DNA of 61,669 nt, counting the filler, from Stramenopiles sp. TOSAG23-6 (lineage: Eukaryota), in assembly GCA_900128565.1 (NCBI GenBank). It is 14 parts of 14 records of this genome, joined end to end, with 100 filler letters (N's around TTAATTAATTAA, not from the genome) between each part and the next. Parts side by side here need not be neighbours in the genome. Positions count along the whole stretch, not along the records: positions 1 to 4,338 come from LT637191.1; positions 4,439 to 8,773 come from LT637192.1; positions 8,874 to 13,195 come from LT637193.1; positions 13,296 to 17,615 come from LT637194.1; 10 more parts are not named here. One strand, 5' to 3'. Within the stretch, counting starts at the first letter, position 1. Each line of letters starts with the position of its first letter. The position numbers and the translations under genes are program-made. Of the stretch, positions 1 to 14,177 are shown in pieces. The notes beneath the pieces are model-generated. The model was given only the letters and a program-made list of their open reading frames with translations. It was not told the origin of the DNA and did no database searches.

Positions 1-123
1 AAATTTTGTACCTAACAAATTTTTTTTATTATCAAAAAAAAAAAAAAAAAAAAATTCATAGAAAAGTTTGTACCTAATGATGTTTTGTATATATATTTTG
101 TATATATATTTTTCACAATGTAT

Positions 124-3100
124 GCTATTCGAAGGTTGTTCTCCTGTATTATTTCATTATTTAAATAATTTTTCTAGATCAGTTCGGGTATTTCCGAAAT
201 ATTCTTCAAATAATGAAAACGTTGATAGAAAATGTTATGAATCGTCTATTATTTCAGAAAACAGGAATGTTCCAACAAAAAAAATTTTAGTTCGTTTTTT
301 TGCACAAGCCAATGTGACGAACCCTAACCCTAATGATCTCAATACGCAACACGATATATCAAATACAATGTTACAAACGTATAATGAATGTGCGATGATT
401 TCAATTCATTGTATATCTGCGACAGGTTTGCGCCAAAATTCATCTTTATTTAAATTAGCCTCCTCAAATTCTACATTTTGTAAAATTTCATTATATACAT
501 ATACGAATAATTCAATGAATATAGAGTCATCATCAACTGATTATTCAAATTGTAAATGCTTAATGAATGTATGCACTGCACCTGATTCTTCTGGAGCAGG
601 TTTGTCACCCATGTGGAATGAACAATTTTTTATGTCATTAAGCAGTGGGGCGATTTCAGATTTCTTTTTTAGAATTGAAGTTTGGGTTTGTGGTTTAATA
701 GGGAGAAAAAGTATGGTAGGTAATGTAAATATTCCTTTATTAGCTATTTATCAAAAAAATCTTGAACATTCAAAATGTGAATCATTTCAATGTGAAGATA
801 AAAGTGAATGTAAAGAAAAAAGTGGATTAGACTGTATACATTACCTTGTAAGGATAGTCATCATAAAAATCAAAAAAATCAAAAAAGTAGATACAATACA
901 ATAAATTTTCAAAATACACCACCAAAAAATTCATTTGAAAATGGTACAAAAAATGAAAGTTTTTCAAATTGTGCTGCAATACGACTTGGATTTCGTGTAG
1001 ATGTCACAGGTATGTTTAATGCAATGAGTGCTGTATTACAAGGTCAATTAGTTGTATACAAATCAATAGGTTGTGTGAGTTTGACAAAGTTGCATTCTCA
1101 GGATGAAAACACACGAAATAATGTAACAAATGACGTCACAAAAATTTGTGATGATGATTTTATTGATAATTTTTATCATTTAAAACAAACACGAAAGAAA
1201 ATTCGACATTCTAAAGCATATCATCAAGCAAATGATTATATTGCCAATCCTTTATATAATATTCAAAGTGACGGTATATCTGAAGCATCAAAAACATCTA
1301 AAAATATGTATAAAAATATACAAAAACACGAAATACTCGATGAAAATTCGTATACAATTTTTATAATACCAATGATAGAGCGAGCTAAATTCCTCATTAA
1401 AAGCTATTATCAATTGATTTCTTGTACAACTTCATCTGTAGAGGATGTTTTTGAACACTGTGATGAAATAAATTGTATAGAAGTAATAGCGATAGAAAAT
1501 GGACAAAACATTTTGAAATGTTTTTTCATTTTTATACGAATTTCTTTATTGTATGAATTTGGAATTGTAGTATATAGGAAATACCATCAAAATTTACTTC
1601 AGTTACTGGTTGAATCATTTACATCAGACAACAAAAATTACAAACAATATTTTTATAAGGAGTGTTTTGTACTTAATTGGGTACAACAATATATAGCCTA
1701 TTCAAATTATAGATATTCTACTGATGTCCCTGTCACAGACTTGACTTGGTTACAATGTGAAGTGCAAAAGGAAATTGAACTCAAACGAATGAGTGCAATA
1801 CACGCAAGTGATATACATGGCTATTTTATGCAATTAGAACATATGGCACAACAACTTGATACAAATATATCTCATTATATTTCACATAATACAAAAGAAA
1901 CACAAAAACCACAAAAATATAATTATAGAGATAATGAACAAGCTATTCTTGTATGGGAATATTTATACCAAAGTAATCACAGTAATACAGATAATTCATA
2001 TAAAAAATGTATTTTAACCCCAGGGATAGGAACTGATCCGTCACAGATGAAAGGTGCACAAATTACACCAAAAAAGAGTTGTATTCGATGTATCATTTCT
2101 ACAGATGGAGAGTCGAGTAAAGATTGTATATATGATCAACAATGTTGTCGAGGTATTACTACATTTACGCAATATGCGCAATTATTATTTTCCACTACTG
2201 TACAACAACATATAACATCATCATCATCATCTGGTGTTACTCGTAGTATGTATGGACTTTGCCTCCGTTGGAATTGTATCACTGTATCTCAATGGTATGC
2301 TGCTCAAATTGAAAAATTAAATCATCGCTATTTAACAAATCCATTTCATAATTCTGGTCAAATTCATGTTACATCAAATTATACATCAGGAAATTCTTTT
2401 TTTTATGTCAAGAAAATGTTTACATATGTGTGAAGTATTATCACCTGTTAAATATAACGGTATTGTAAAGTCAGCTATTCCGTTATCCCCCGAACTGTCG
2501 ACACAATCATGGATTTTAAAAATACACGAAATCGGTGTCATTGGACCCTCTACCTTATCATTTGGTGTCAGTACACAAAAAGTGGATATTTTTAAACCCT
2601 TGGGTACTTTTTCAATATTCATTTTCAAATGTATTATTTTAATTTTTTTTTCATAGTAAATTTCGTACCTAATGAAGTTTGAATGTATTATATTGTTCAA
2701 TCATTAGGTCTTGACCCATCGAATTGGGTAGTGACGTCATCGGGTTATACAATGCATAATAAAAAAGTACAAAAGTTTGGTATGAAACTTTGCAATGGAG
2801 ATGCCATCAAAATTAAAATATGTTTTCTACAAAAGCCTTTCAAAAATGCTAAAAAAATAGCAACAATGAAACTTTATTTGAATGGGAAATTTATAGGTTC
2901 ACCGTTTCCTTCAATACAAATCGAAGAAAATAACGATAATAATACTACAACTTTTTTATATCCAATATTTTCTTTACCTCCGAGTTGTATAATAGAAATA
3001 TATTCAAATGTAGATGCAGAAAAACATGAAATATACAAAAAAGATGTTTTTGAGGTTGACCCATTTGTACAACCCATCACAAACCCTATTTCTAATTTGA

Positions 3101-4243
3101 CTACAACTATAAAAAATATACAAAATATAAAAGATATCAAAAGAATGGAAAAGCAAAATACAAAAAATACAAAAAATACAAAAAATGTAAAACTAATGAA
3201 AAAAAAAATATTACATCCAACATCATTGTATATGAAATCGTCAATTATAAATATTTCATATTTGAGTACTTCAACATGTGAAGCATCAAGTAGTAGTAAA
3301 GATTGTATACCTAATAATAGTAAAGATGGCTCTCGACAAACCTGTTGGACAAGTACGCGTAAATCAGCAAAATCACGAAATCAACCGGTTTGGTTATCAT
3401 CAATATTTTGTAGACCTTCAGTACTGAAATATATTCAAATATTTTGGCGCCGAGCACCTGTTTTATTTTATATACAAATATCTCGAAACAAAGCTGCTTC
3501 TGATAAATATAGTCAATTATCAAATGAAAATTCTTCAATTGAAAAAATTCATTCTAATTTAAATGTTTCTTCAAAAAATACAAAAAATAATAAAAATAAC
3601 AAAAAACGATACCGCCAATCTATTCATCAATTTGTCAATGGTGAAATTGTTCAATGTATTTCTCCAAAGGCTGAATGGGTGACAATTTCAAAACTAATAC
3701 GAATGTCTGGACCAGGTTTGTTCTTACAATTAAATTTTTGATTTTTTTTTTGGTAAAAAAAAATTGTACCTAACAAAAAAAATCCAAAAAAAAAAATATT
3801 TTTTCACCATTGGATTAAAATTGAATTACCAAAGATGTGTATAGCAAGTGCTATACGAATTGTTATTCCATTTGATACACGAAATGGAACAACAAAAAAT
3901 GGATATATATTTTCAGTGACTTGCTTCAAGGTGTTTGGATACCCGGTACCACTAGAAAGTGTTTTGCCATCTGGTTTTGATTTTGCATTTCCTTTCATCA
4001 ATGTATCTAAACAACCTAAACAACATACACAACAAAATTTAAAAAAAAATAATCCCAACCCTAACCCTAGTCAAACAAAACATACAAAAAGTGTTTTTGA
4101 AAAAAACAAAAAAAAAACAAAATAATAAATTGGGACATCGGACATTTTCAAGTACACGAAATATGGAAACTATAGATATTATCCCCAAAACGTGTGATGG
4201 TCTCAAAATTGGCCTAGGGCCATTTTATTTTGTGTTATACCAT
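124..4243 (+). CDS. Large multidomain protein, partial at both ends: C2 domain, SPRY-like region, discoidin/F5-8-type-C-like region
   Basis: C2-like SPMWNEQF..FRIEVW..VGNVNIPL; SPRY-like SFGVS..PLGLDPSNW..LYLNGKFIGSPF..LYPIFSL; discoidin-like DGSRQTCWTS..IQIFWRRAP. Family introns end at 123, span 2604-2707 and 3716-~3814, and start at 4244. Apparent frameshifts near 834, 2397-2404 and ~4100-4120. Confidence 0.55.
2604..2707 (+). mobile_element. Repeat-family intron, GT-AG member
   Basis: KPLG|LDPSNW is restored; core TTTCGTACCTAAT present. Shifting the register by -2 would create a TAG stop. Confidence 0.85.
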
Positions 4244-4338
4244 GTATGTTTATGTGATTCATTTTTTTTACTATGAAAAAAATGTACCTAACAAATTTTG
4301 ACAATTTTTGACAAATTTTTTCATTCTTTTTTTTTTTA

Positions 4339-4438
4339 NNNNNNNNNNNNNNNNNNNNNNNNNNNNNNNNNNNNNNNNNNNNTTAATTAATTAANNNNNN
4401 NNNNNNNNNNNNNNNNNNNNNNNNNNNNNNNNNNNNNN
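4339..4438. other. Artificial scaffold linker (first of 13)
   Basis: N44-TTAATTAATTAA-N44. Identical linkers at 8774-8873, 13196-13295, 17616-17715, 22035-22134, 26453-26552, 30868-30967, 35278-35377, 39684-39783, 44089-44188, 48493-48592, 52891-52990 and 57285-57384. The intervening pieces decrease steadily in length (~4.34 to 4.29 kb). Confidence 0.98.
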
Positions 4439-5109
4439 CTCTGAACAGCTTCAACGAATGAGGTTGTACCTGACTTTGCGACAGTACCCAGATTTTCAAT
4501 TAGATCTTGCTTTGTCATTCCGATACCAGAATCAGTAATGGTTAACGTGCGTTTCTCTTCGTCAAATTTGATACGGATTTCAAGTTCCTCCTTGACAGCT
4601 AGAGCGTTTGGATCTTCGAGACCAAGGAAACGGATCTTATCAAGAGCGTCACTTGCGTTTGAGATAAGCTCGCGCAAGTAAATTTCTTTGTTCTTATAAA
4701 GCGAATTAATGATGATGTCCATCAGTCGACTTACTTCAGCCTGAAACTCAAAAGTTTCAGCTTCAGTTTCCATGGAGTCTTCCATTTCCTTAGTAATCTG
4801 TCATATGAAATATACAAAACGTCAAACAAAAATGAGTACGATGGAATAAAAATATACAATTCAGTCATAACTACATCAGTAGATTGAACTTGTAACACGG
4901 AAACATCTATTACAACTATTTTCGTGAGAATATGGGAAAGATAAAAGAGAGCTCAACCGACTAGGAACAATGTTAAAAAAGCTAACAAATTTACGTGGAA
5001 AACTTACTGCCGAAGCATCTACTGAAGCATCTTCTTCAGCATGGGCAACTTGCGTTGCTATGGCAAGAGCCATGAATGCGAAAATACAAAAGATATTTGA
5101 AATGCGCAT
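4439..5109 (-). CDS. HSP90B1: Endoplasmin / GRP94 (ER HSP90), 5' part
   Basis: Signal peptide [82 protein letters not shown]. Exons 5109-5008 and 4797-4439. Confidence 0.95.
4798..5007 (-). other. Canonical GT-AG spliceosomal intron (not of the repeat family)
   Basis: GCA|GTAAGT...TATGACAG|ATT, phase 0, 210 nt, no family core motif. Confidence 0.88.
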
Positions 5110-5473
5110 CTTTAGTGACCTCGGAAATGAATTTCTATTCGATGAATTCCTTGAGTTCCTCTGTACTAATTTTATTTTAGTACTTTCAAAGTGGAACCAA
5201 TTAGGGCCACACAATTTTACAATTGCGACGTGTCAGATCTGACGCGTTGCAAATTGCAATTTTTGACTAGAGGTTACCAGTACCGGGTATCATAGTCTGA
5301 GTCCTAACAGAAATTCGTGAGGACACGTGCGATAATAATGTTTTCAAAGAGACATAATAATGTATGAACACGAACAATAGCTACTGTACTACTACTACAT
5401 AAGAAATTCAGTGTGTGATAGACAAAACTACTCTATCGAGATATAATCCAGTGCTACTTTATAAAGAGACGAT

Positions 5474-7467
<1,994 letters not shown>

Positions 7468-7613
7468 CCAAAAAATGTTCCATAAATCTATATTGTTGTT
7501 ATTGTTTTTATTGTTTTTATTGTTTCTTTATAATAATTGAATAGAATACAACACCGTATACGATTTTGACTATTTATTGTATATATTTTTTTAGGGTCAT
7601 CAAAGAATTTACA

Positions 7614-7898
7614 TTACTTGAAAAAGGTACCCGTTTGGGTTGTTTTTGTAGGTTTTTCACCAACAGAAGTTTCAGAGGAAGAAAATTCACCGAGTGAATC
7701 TGCCTGTGGAGTTGCTGGATACGCACTATTTCTATTAAGTTGCATAAAACTGTCCCGAAATATATACGTACCACTAGCAACACCAAGTGCTGTTACCAAA
7801 AATAATTCGAACCAATTGATCTGTCGCGGTGACAACCGAACCTTCGCACCCTGCTTGTACAGTATAGGCTTTGCTACTCGTGCAAATCTAGATGCCAT
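7614..7898 (-). CDS. Small single-TM protein, PIGBOS1-like
   Basis: 94 aa with an Arg-rich N-terminus and the TM segment FELFLVTALGVASGTYIF. Resemblance to PIGBOS1 is by eye only. Confidence 0.5.
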   Translation of the reverse strand: MASRFARVAKPILYKQGAKVRLSPRQINWFELFLVTALGVASGTYIFRDSFMQLNRNSAYPATPQADSLGEFSSSETSVGEKPTKTTQTGTFFK

Positions 7899-8234
7899 GT
7901 TAATCTCAACTTATTTTTTAGTATAATGAATACAAAGATAAAAGTATTGTTCACAGAGAATTGTAATGTGTTCGACTTGGGCCTACTACAGTACCTGTAG
8001 GATGTGTCGTTGTGTTTCTGCTATGTCCTCGATCTGACTCTTGCCTTGGTTGGTGGTTACCCGGGAACAAGGATTTCGTGCGATCGATCATACGTACGAA
8101 TCATGATGCCCGAACATGATCAACAACAACAACATTTTGTTCTTCTCATAATTCTGCATAGCATATCCTGTAGAATTTTTTAGTTTTATTCTTTTTTGCC
8201 ATAAAATTATTGTTTTAGTTATAGAATACATGGT

Positions 8235-8678
8235 ATGATGAGCGCGTCTGAGAAAATATCGGAGCCCTCCACGGTGGAGTCGGTACCCACGTTAGCTTAT
8301 GTGTATTCCCAACCGTTGATAATGTACCAGCAGCAGGGTCTAATACCAGTTCAACCCTTAGATACAAATCATGAACGTCGTGTATTAGAGCAAGCACTTC
8401 GTGAAAGTGGTAGACGTGTCGCTCTTAGTGTAGATGTAGCTACTAGTGATACACTACGTACGCTTGCCACATGTGGTTGTCGGGCCCTACACTGGGCTGG
8501 TCACGGATTACCTGGCTACTTAGGTTTCGAGGATGCAAAAACTGGAGCTTTACACCCTGTCAATGCGGCACAGCTACGTGGTTTATTCGGTCTTAATGCT
8601 GGATGCCAAGTTGTTTTTGTTAGTGCTTGCCATTCTGAAAGTGCTGGAGAAGCTTTTATTGCTGCAGGCGTACCACAT
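8235..8678 (+). CDS. CHAT-domain (caspase-like) protein, first exon
   Basis: ALHWAGHG, VVFVSACHSE, AFIAAGVPH. A family intron starts at 8679 and runs to the scaffold end. Confidence 0.85.
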
Positions 8679-8939
8679 GTATGTTTTTTTTTTTTTCAAT
8701 TTCAAAATTTTGTTTCGTACGAAATTTCGTACCTAACGATATTTTTTGTGATGTCGTGTTTTTTCACAATACANNNNNNNNNNNNNNNNNNNNNNNNNNN
8801 NNNNNNNNNNNNNNNNNTTAATTAATTAANNNNNNNNNNNNNNNNNNNNNNNNNNNNNNNNNNNNNNNNNNNNTTTCGTACGAAATTTTGTACCTAACAA
8901 TTTTTAGTTTTTTTTTTGAAATATTTTTCCAAAATACAT

Positions 8940-11258
8940 GGCGGTAGTCGAAACAAAATAACTTACAACAACGCGCGAGGAGAAGATGGCTCAACAATGC
9001 TTCGTATTTTAAATACGAAAGCATGCAATCATGGTACGATGTATGCTGCATTAGTACATCGGATTGATTCATTTCGTCATTCGTCTTTTCGTGACAACGA
9101 TGGAATTTCAATTAAAAATGATTATTTTTTTGATTTTTCAATACGTTGTATTGGCGGCCGTGGCGAAACATATTCGTCTCACAATGCCTATAATTTCACC
9201 AAAACAATTCAAAGAATGGAAACCTCTGGCGTACCCGTGATGCTTGCAGCGCAAAGTCCAGTCGAACATGAAAAAAAAGATCTGACAATCCTGGGTCTGC
9301 ATTTATCAATATCTTTGACAACAACTCGTAGGTTTTTTTTTTCAAATTTAAAAAAATGTTTTTTGTACGAAATTTTGTACCTAACATTTTTTTTTTTTTA
9401 TTTTTTTTTTCACAATACATGCTACGAAAATCTTGGAGATGACAAAGATGTTGACATGCAAAATGTAATTCGATACGGCATGGTATCGATATCGCAAAAG
9501 CCAACGCGTAATGTCCAAACGGATCAGATTGAAAAAATGAAAAACAAGAATGTGACAAATTTAATTGTTTTCGATGGTGAAAATACCGGGAAAATTGAAG
9601 GATCTATTGGTATGAATGTTTTTAAGGTTGCCTTGTGTGCATCTCTTGTTCGCGTCGCTTTAAAGAAAAAAATAGATAGAAAACATAGAAAACGACAAGA
9701 TTATTCTCTTAATGATAGTGAAAATGATGTAAAGGATTTTGCAAAATTGGCGATGGTATCATTAGGCTTGAATGAGAATGAATCTGTGGAAGTTCCAACA
9801 AAACTTAAAGTACGTTTTAAANTTTCCATTTTTTTTTTATTTTATTTTTTTCATAGAAAATTCTGTACCTAACGATTTTTTTATTTGATATTTTTTTTTT
9901 TACATGACGAACATCAGAAACGTATCAATGCCAAAACATTAACTTCAATCCCAAGTGCCCATTTGGAAATAAAGGCAGGCTATTTTGCATCTACTGCGTT
10001 AGGGGCGACGATTCATTATGATAAACAAAATCAAGAAAATGGTTATATAAAAAAACCATTTCCATCGTTATGTCGTGTTGATTCGATTGAATACAATTTG
10101 ATCGAAAAAATCAGCAGGGAATTTACTAACCCTAAAGGTAAAGTAAAAGCGGCAATGCTCATCCGATTAGTTGGATTGGAGCCATTCTATTTGGAAAATG
10201 ATGATTTGGAAAGTGATGATTTGGAAAATGATGATTTGGAAAATGATGATTTGGAAATTAATGATTGGGAAGTTGGCGTCAAAAACATTGTAAAAAAAAT
10301 CCAAAATGTTGGTCAATTTCAATGTCATCGTGCAGCGCATGATGTTCGGTATTTTTCTCAAATCCGATTATATCAGGATAATAAAGAAAAATGTGAAAAT
10401 GTGATCAGTCATATAATTCGTGTTGTAGATGATGAGACAATCGATAATCTGCAATCGATCGAATCAATCAATGATTCTGTGGACAATATCTGTGAAAACT
10501 TGGAAATTTGTGGTAATAAAGTAAATAATTTAGAGAAGTACCACATAGCTGCCGATTTGGCAAAAGTTTTTGGTCTGAAATATGATCGACCTGATAAAGT
10601 CTATACGCAAACTTTTCGTGCTAATCGTGGTGAAGGACGAGGTTTTGCTGCAATATCTGCAACGCTTGCTCGGTATTATGAGAATGATATGAATGGTTTC
10701 CCAGGTTCTTCTCTTGGTCTTGCAGGCGAGCGAACTATGTTAAAAGATACTGCCGAGGCATTGAAAAGTGTATGTGATGTAGCTTTGGCAAAAAATAAAA
10801 ATGGTAATGAAAATCATAATGATACTGATGATACTGATGATACTGATGATGATATTAATAAAGACAATCCAACAAATCGTGATTATATTGAGAAAGCAAT
10901 AGAATCACATTTATTGATTGTTGACGATTTTATGGATATTACTGAATATTTGTGTGCTGTATGTTATGGATTATTTAATGCTATATGTACAATGCATAGA
11001 TTAACCAAAAATGATAATGACGATGATGATGAAAATGACGATGATGATGAAAATGATGATGAAAATGATGATGATGATAATACCAAATTTCTTCCTTTCT
11101 GTAAAAAGAATCGGATGATTCATAAAATTATTTCCTTTGATTTTGCAAAAACATATTACGATAAATACTATAAAGTTCGTAAAGAAGTTCAAAAGCGTAG
11201 TCGTGAAAGTCCTAATGTTGTTGAAAATGGTTCAAAACGTGCTCGTATAAATAGGTGA
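8940..11258 (+). CDS. Uncharacterised protein, 5'-partial, with Asp-rich low-complexity tracts
   Basis: Open frame across family introns 9328-9420 and 9810-9914/9917; DDLEN repeats; basic C-terminus. Confidence 0.7.
9328..9420 (+). mobile_element. Repeat-family intron, GT-AT, 93 nt (3n, stop-free)
   Basis: GTAGGTTTT...TTTTGTACGAAATTTTGTACCTAAC...CACAATACAT. Confidence 0.75.
9810..9917 (+). mobile_element. Repeat-family intron, acceptor AT (9914) or AG (9917)
   Basis: GTACGTTTT donor and GTACCTAAC core; both acceptors are in frame. Confidence 0.7.
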
Positions 11259-11539
11259 AACATTTCTTTTACAATGACATTATGTCATTTTAATCTTTTA
11301 ATAAAAGATTTTATTTTCATTTACACATTTTTATATTTTTTTAAATTCTAAATTTGGTATTATTTTTTATACATGGCTCAAATAAAATTGAGAAAATCAT
11401 GCTACATTTTTATATGCACCACGTCATTTACTTTTATCAGTAAAATTTTATAAATATTATTTTGTAAATTTCCATGTGTATAGTGTAGTATGATACACTT
11501 TTATCAATACAACGCGTCATAGTTACTATCAATTTGAAA

Positions 11540-12965
11540 TTTTTTTTCATACGAAATTTCGTATGTAAAAAAAAATTNCAAAAAAAAANGTAATTTTTTT
11601 TTTCGAACGAAATTAAAAAAAATAAATATTTCTTTTGTAATGATACACAAACATAAAGTCACCAAAATGTTAAACATTAAACAAGAAATTTGAAAGAAAT
11701 CAATATAATGTTTATTAAAAGGTGGACTGTATCTATGTTAGGGTTAGGGTTATTTTTTCTTATCAAAAATTCTGAAAAAATAAATACAAAGATTTCGTGT
11801 AATATTCAAAAAGAATATCGATTTGAAAATTATTTTTTTAAAAAAATAAAAATTTTATGTTTTTCTGACAATGAACCAATGCTGTTCTATATCCATGCTC
11901 AGTATTGATAATAAGCCACATTGTGTCAGTTAAAAATTTTCAACATTTAACGGCTAGAAAATTCGTTGTCATTGCATCAAGATGAATAATAATATACCTA
12001 GGATTAGTTTTTTTTTTTTTTTCATACCTAATTTTGTACCTAACGATTTTTTTTTTTCTACGGTTGTTAGGGTTAGGGTTTGATTTTTTTTTTTTTTTTT
12101 TTAGGGTTAGGATTTGATTTTTGATACGAAACGATTTGTTTTTTCAAATAAATTTCACAATACACATCATCATACGCTATTAGTGTATCAATATTCCCTT
12201 CAATGATGCATTTTTGGTTTGTGTGCTGATCATAAAATGTTATTTGTTTAGTATTTGTTTTTTTTTCATACGCAATGTTGTACCTAACGATTTTTTTTAA
12301 AATATGTACAAAATTCTCTATGAAAAAAAACTAACTAGGATATTTCTATTTCAAAGATGATGAATTACATCGGTATAGATAAAAAGAAATTTATTGAACA
12401 AAACTTCAAGATTGTATAAATAACAACCGTATCTTCAAATTNAAAAAAAAAAAAAAAAAATTATGTATTAACTAGGGTTAGGGTTGCTATTCTTTGTCTA
12501 ATTATAATCAATTGAATTAAAATGGAACAATATACATCATCTATCAAATAAATTTCATTCATGATATAATCAATCAAATTACTCTTTATACCAATAAAAC
12601 GACGGAAAAGCATCAATTCAAAGCATTTCAAAAAAAATTATTTTCATACGAAATTTCGTACCTAACAAGAAAAAAAAAAATTATCTAACAATTTTTTTTT
12701 TTTTAGGGTTAGGGTTAGGAAAATTTGTAACGATTTGTTTTTGATATAAATTTCACAATACACATGATAGAAACTAAGAATGTATCTCAATTATTTTTAC
12801 AAAATATTATTTTTTTGTAATGTCTTAGGATTGTAATGTATTAGGAAAATGTCAAATTTTTTTTTTTTTTTTTTTTTGATTTCATACGAAATGTTGTACT
12901 TAACGATTTTTGTTTTTTTCGTACGAAATGTTGTACCTAACAATTTTTTTTTCAAATATATTCCT
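11540..12965 (+). repeat. Cluster of repeat-family intron cores with no recoverable ORF, some carrying TTAGGG tracts
   Basis: Cores near 11545, 12030, 12270, 12645, 12880 and 12920; TTCACAATACAC ends at ~12165 and ~12763; the stretch between the 12030 and 12270 elements has stops in all three forward frames. Confidence 0.6.
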
Positions 12966-13321
12966 GCGGACTTGCAATGAAAAACTGGCTGAAACGACAT
13001 TAAATACTTCAATTAGATCCACCATCGATTGTTAGATATAGAATGGTATACAAATGTACAGCATCGTAGATTGTCGGCAAATTTTGTTGAAAGGATAATA
13101 TTGCTCAAAATTATTAAAAGAAACAAATGTACCAAAATTTAAAATAACAATTGATGTTTAGAACGTAAAATAAATTGTGTACAAATATGTCTTGTNNNNN
13201 NNNNNNNNNNNNNNNNNNNNNNNNNNNNNNNNNNNNNNNTTAATTAATTAANNNNNNNNNNNNNNNNNNNNNNNNNNNNNNNNNNNNNNNNNNNNTGAAA
13301 ACCTTTTTAGAAGATAATTAT

Positions 13322-13963
13322 TTGGAGTTAGAAGAAGATGGTGTTTTGGGCGCAGAGAAAAAGTTACAGTCTAAGCTCTTGGCAAAGCCAAAAACAAGTG
13401 AAAAAATGTACAAAGTGGATTCGCATATTGCGTGCGCTGTTGCAGGTTTAACTTCAGATGCCAATATTTTGATCAATCGTGCTCGTTTAACAGCACAACA
13501 GCATTTTTTCAGATTCCAGGAACCACTTCCAGTAGAAGACCTCATCAAAAGTCTCTGCAATATGAAACAGACGTACACTCAATATGGCGGTCTCCGACCA
13601 TTTGGTGTGTCTTTTCTCTTTGCAGGTTGGGATTTAAATCGCGGATTTCAGTTATACCATTCTGACCCATCTGGAAATTATGGTGGTTGGAAAGCGACGG
13701 CCATTGGAAATAACAGTCAAACCGCGAGAGATAAATTGAAAACAGACTACGAAGAAACACTCACAGTAGAAAAGGCGTTGGTACTTGGCGTCAAAGTTCT
13801 TCGCAAAGCCATGGATTCTACTCCATCTATTGACCGTATGGAGTTTTCTACATTAACAAAAGACGCAAATGGTGAGTTAAAGCTGGCATTTCTTGACAAG
13901 GCTAAAACAGAAGCCATCATCGCCAAAGCTGTTGCAGAGGAAGCTGAAGAGGGTGATGAATAG
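13322..13963 (+). CDS. PSMA4: 20S proteasome subunit alpha-3, 5'-partial
   Basis: HIACAVAGLTSDANILIN, KQTYTQYGGLRPFGVSFLFAGWD, FQLYHSDPSGNYGGWKATAIG. Confidence 0.96.
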   Translation: MELEEDGVLGAEKKLQSKLLAKPKTSEKMYKVDSHIACAVAGLTSDANILINRARLTAQQHFFRFQEPLPVEDLIKSLCNMKQTYTQYGGLRPFGVSFLFAGWDLNRGFQLYHSDPSGNYGGWKATAIGNNSQTARDKLKTDYEETLTVEKALVLGVKVLRKAMDSTPSIDRMEFSTLTKDANGELKLAFLDKAKTEAIIAKAVAEEAEEGDE

Positions 13964-14177
13964 ATATACATATACTTAAAATAGTTTTAAGTTCACAAAT
14001 CATTTCAAATATATAACTAGTGGTATGTTTATTTTCCTTCAACAAAAGAAATTGTTTAGGTCAGGAATTTCTTATGAAAAAAAAATTGAACAATAAATTT
14101 GAAATTAAAATTTTAGGAATTTCTTATGAAAAAAAAATGAACAATAAATTTGAAATTAAAATGAACTCATTTACACG

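Noticed and set aside
2400-2440. Stop-codon reassignment (alternative genetic code) to explain broken ORFs
   Set aside because: Long conserved genes (PEPC, PSMA4, LRR) have no in-frame stops and end at TAA, TAG or TGA. The breaks are explained by introns or frameshifts.
3716-3814. Exact acceptor calls for the introns at 3716 and 46751 (GA and CG by alignment)
   Set aside because: Several in-frame solutions exist and protein conservation is too weak to choose, so both were left out of the tally
4383-4394. TTAATTAATTAA every ~4.4 kb as a periodic biological element
   Set aside because: It is always centred in exactly 100-nt N-padded blocks, so it is an artificial concatenation linker
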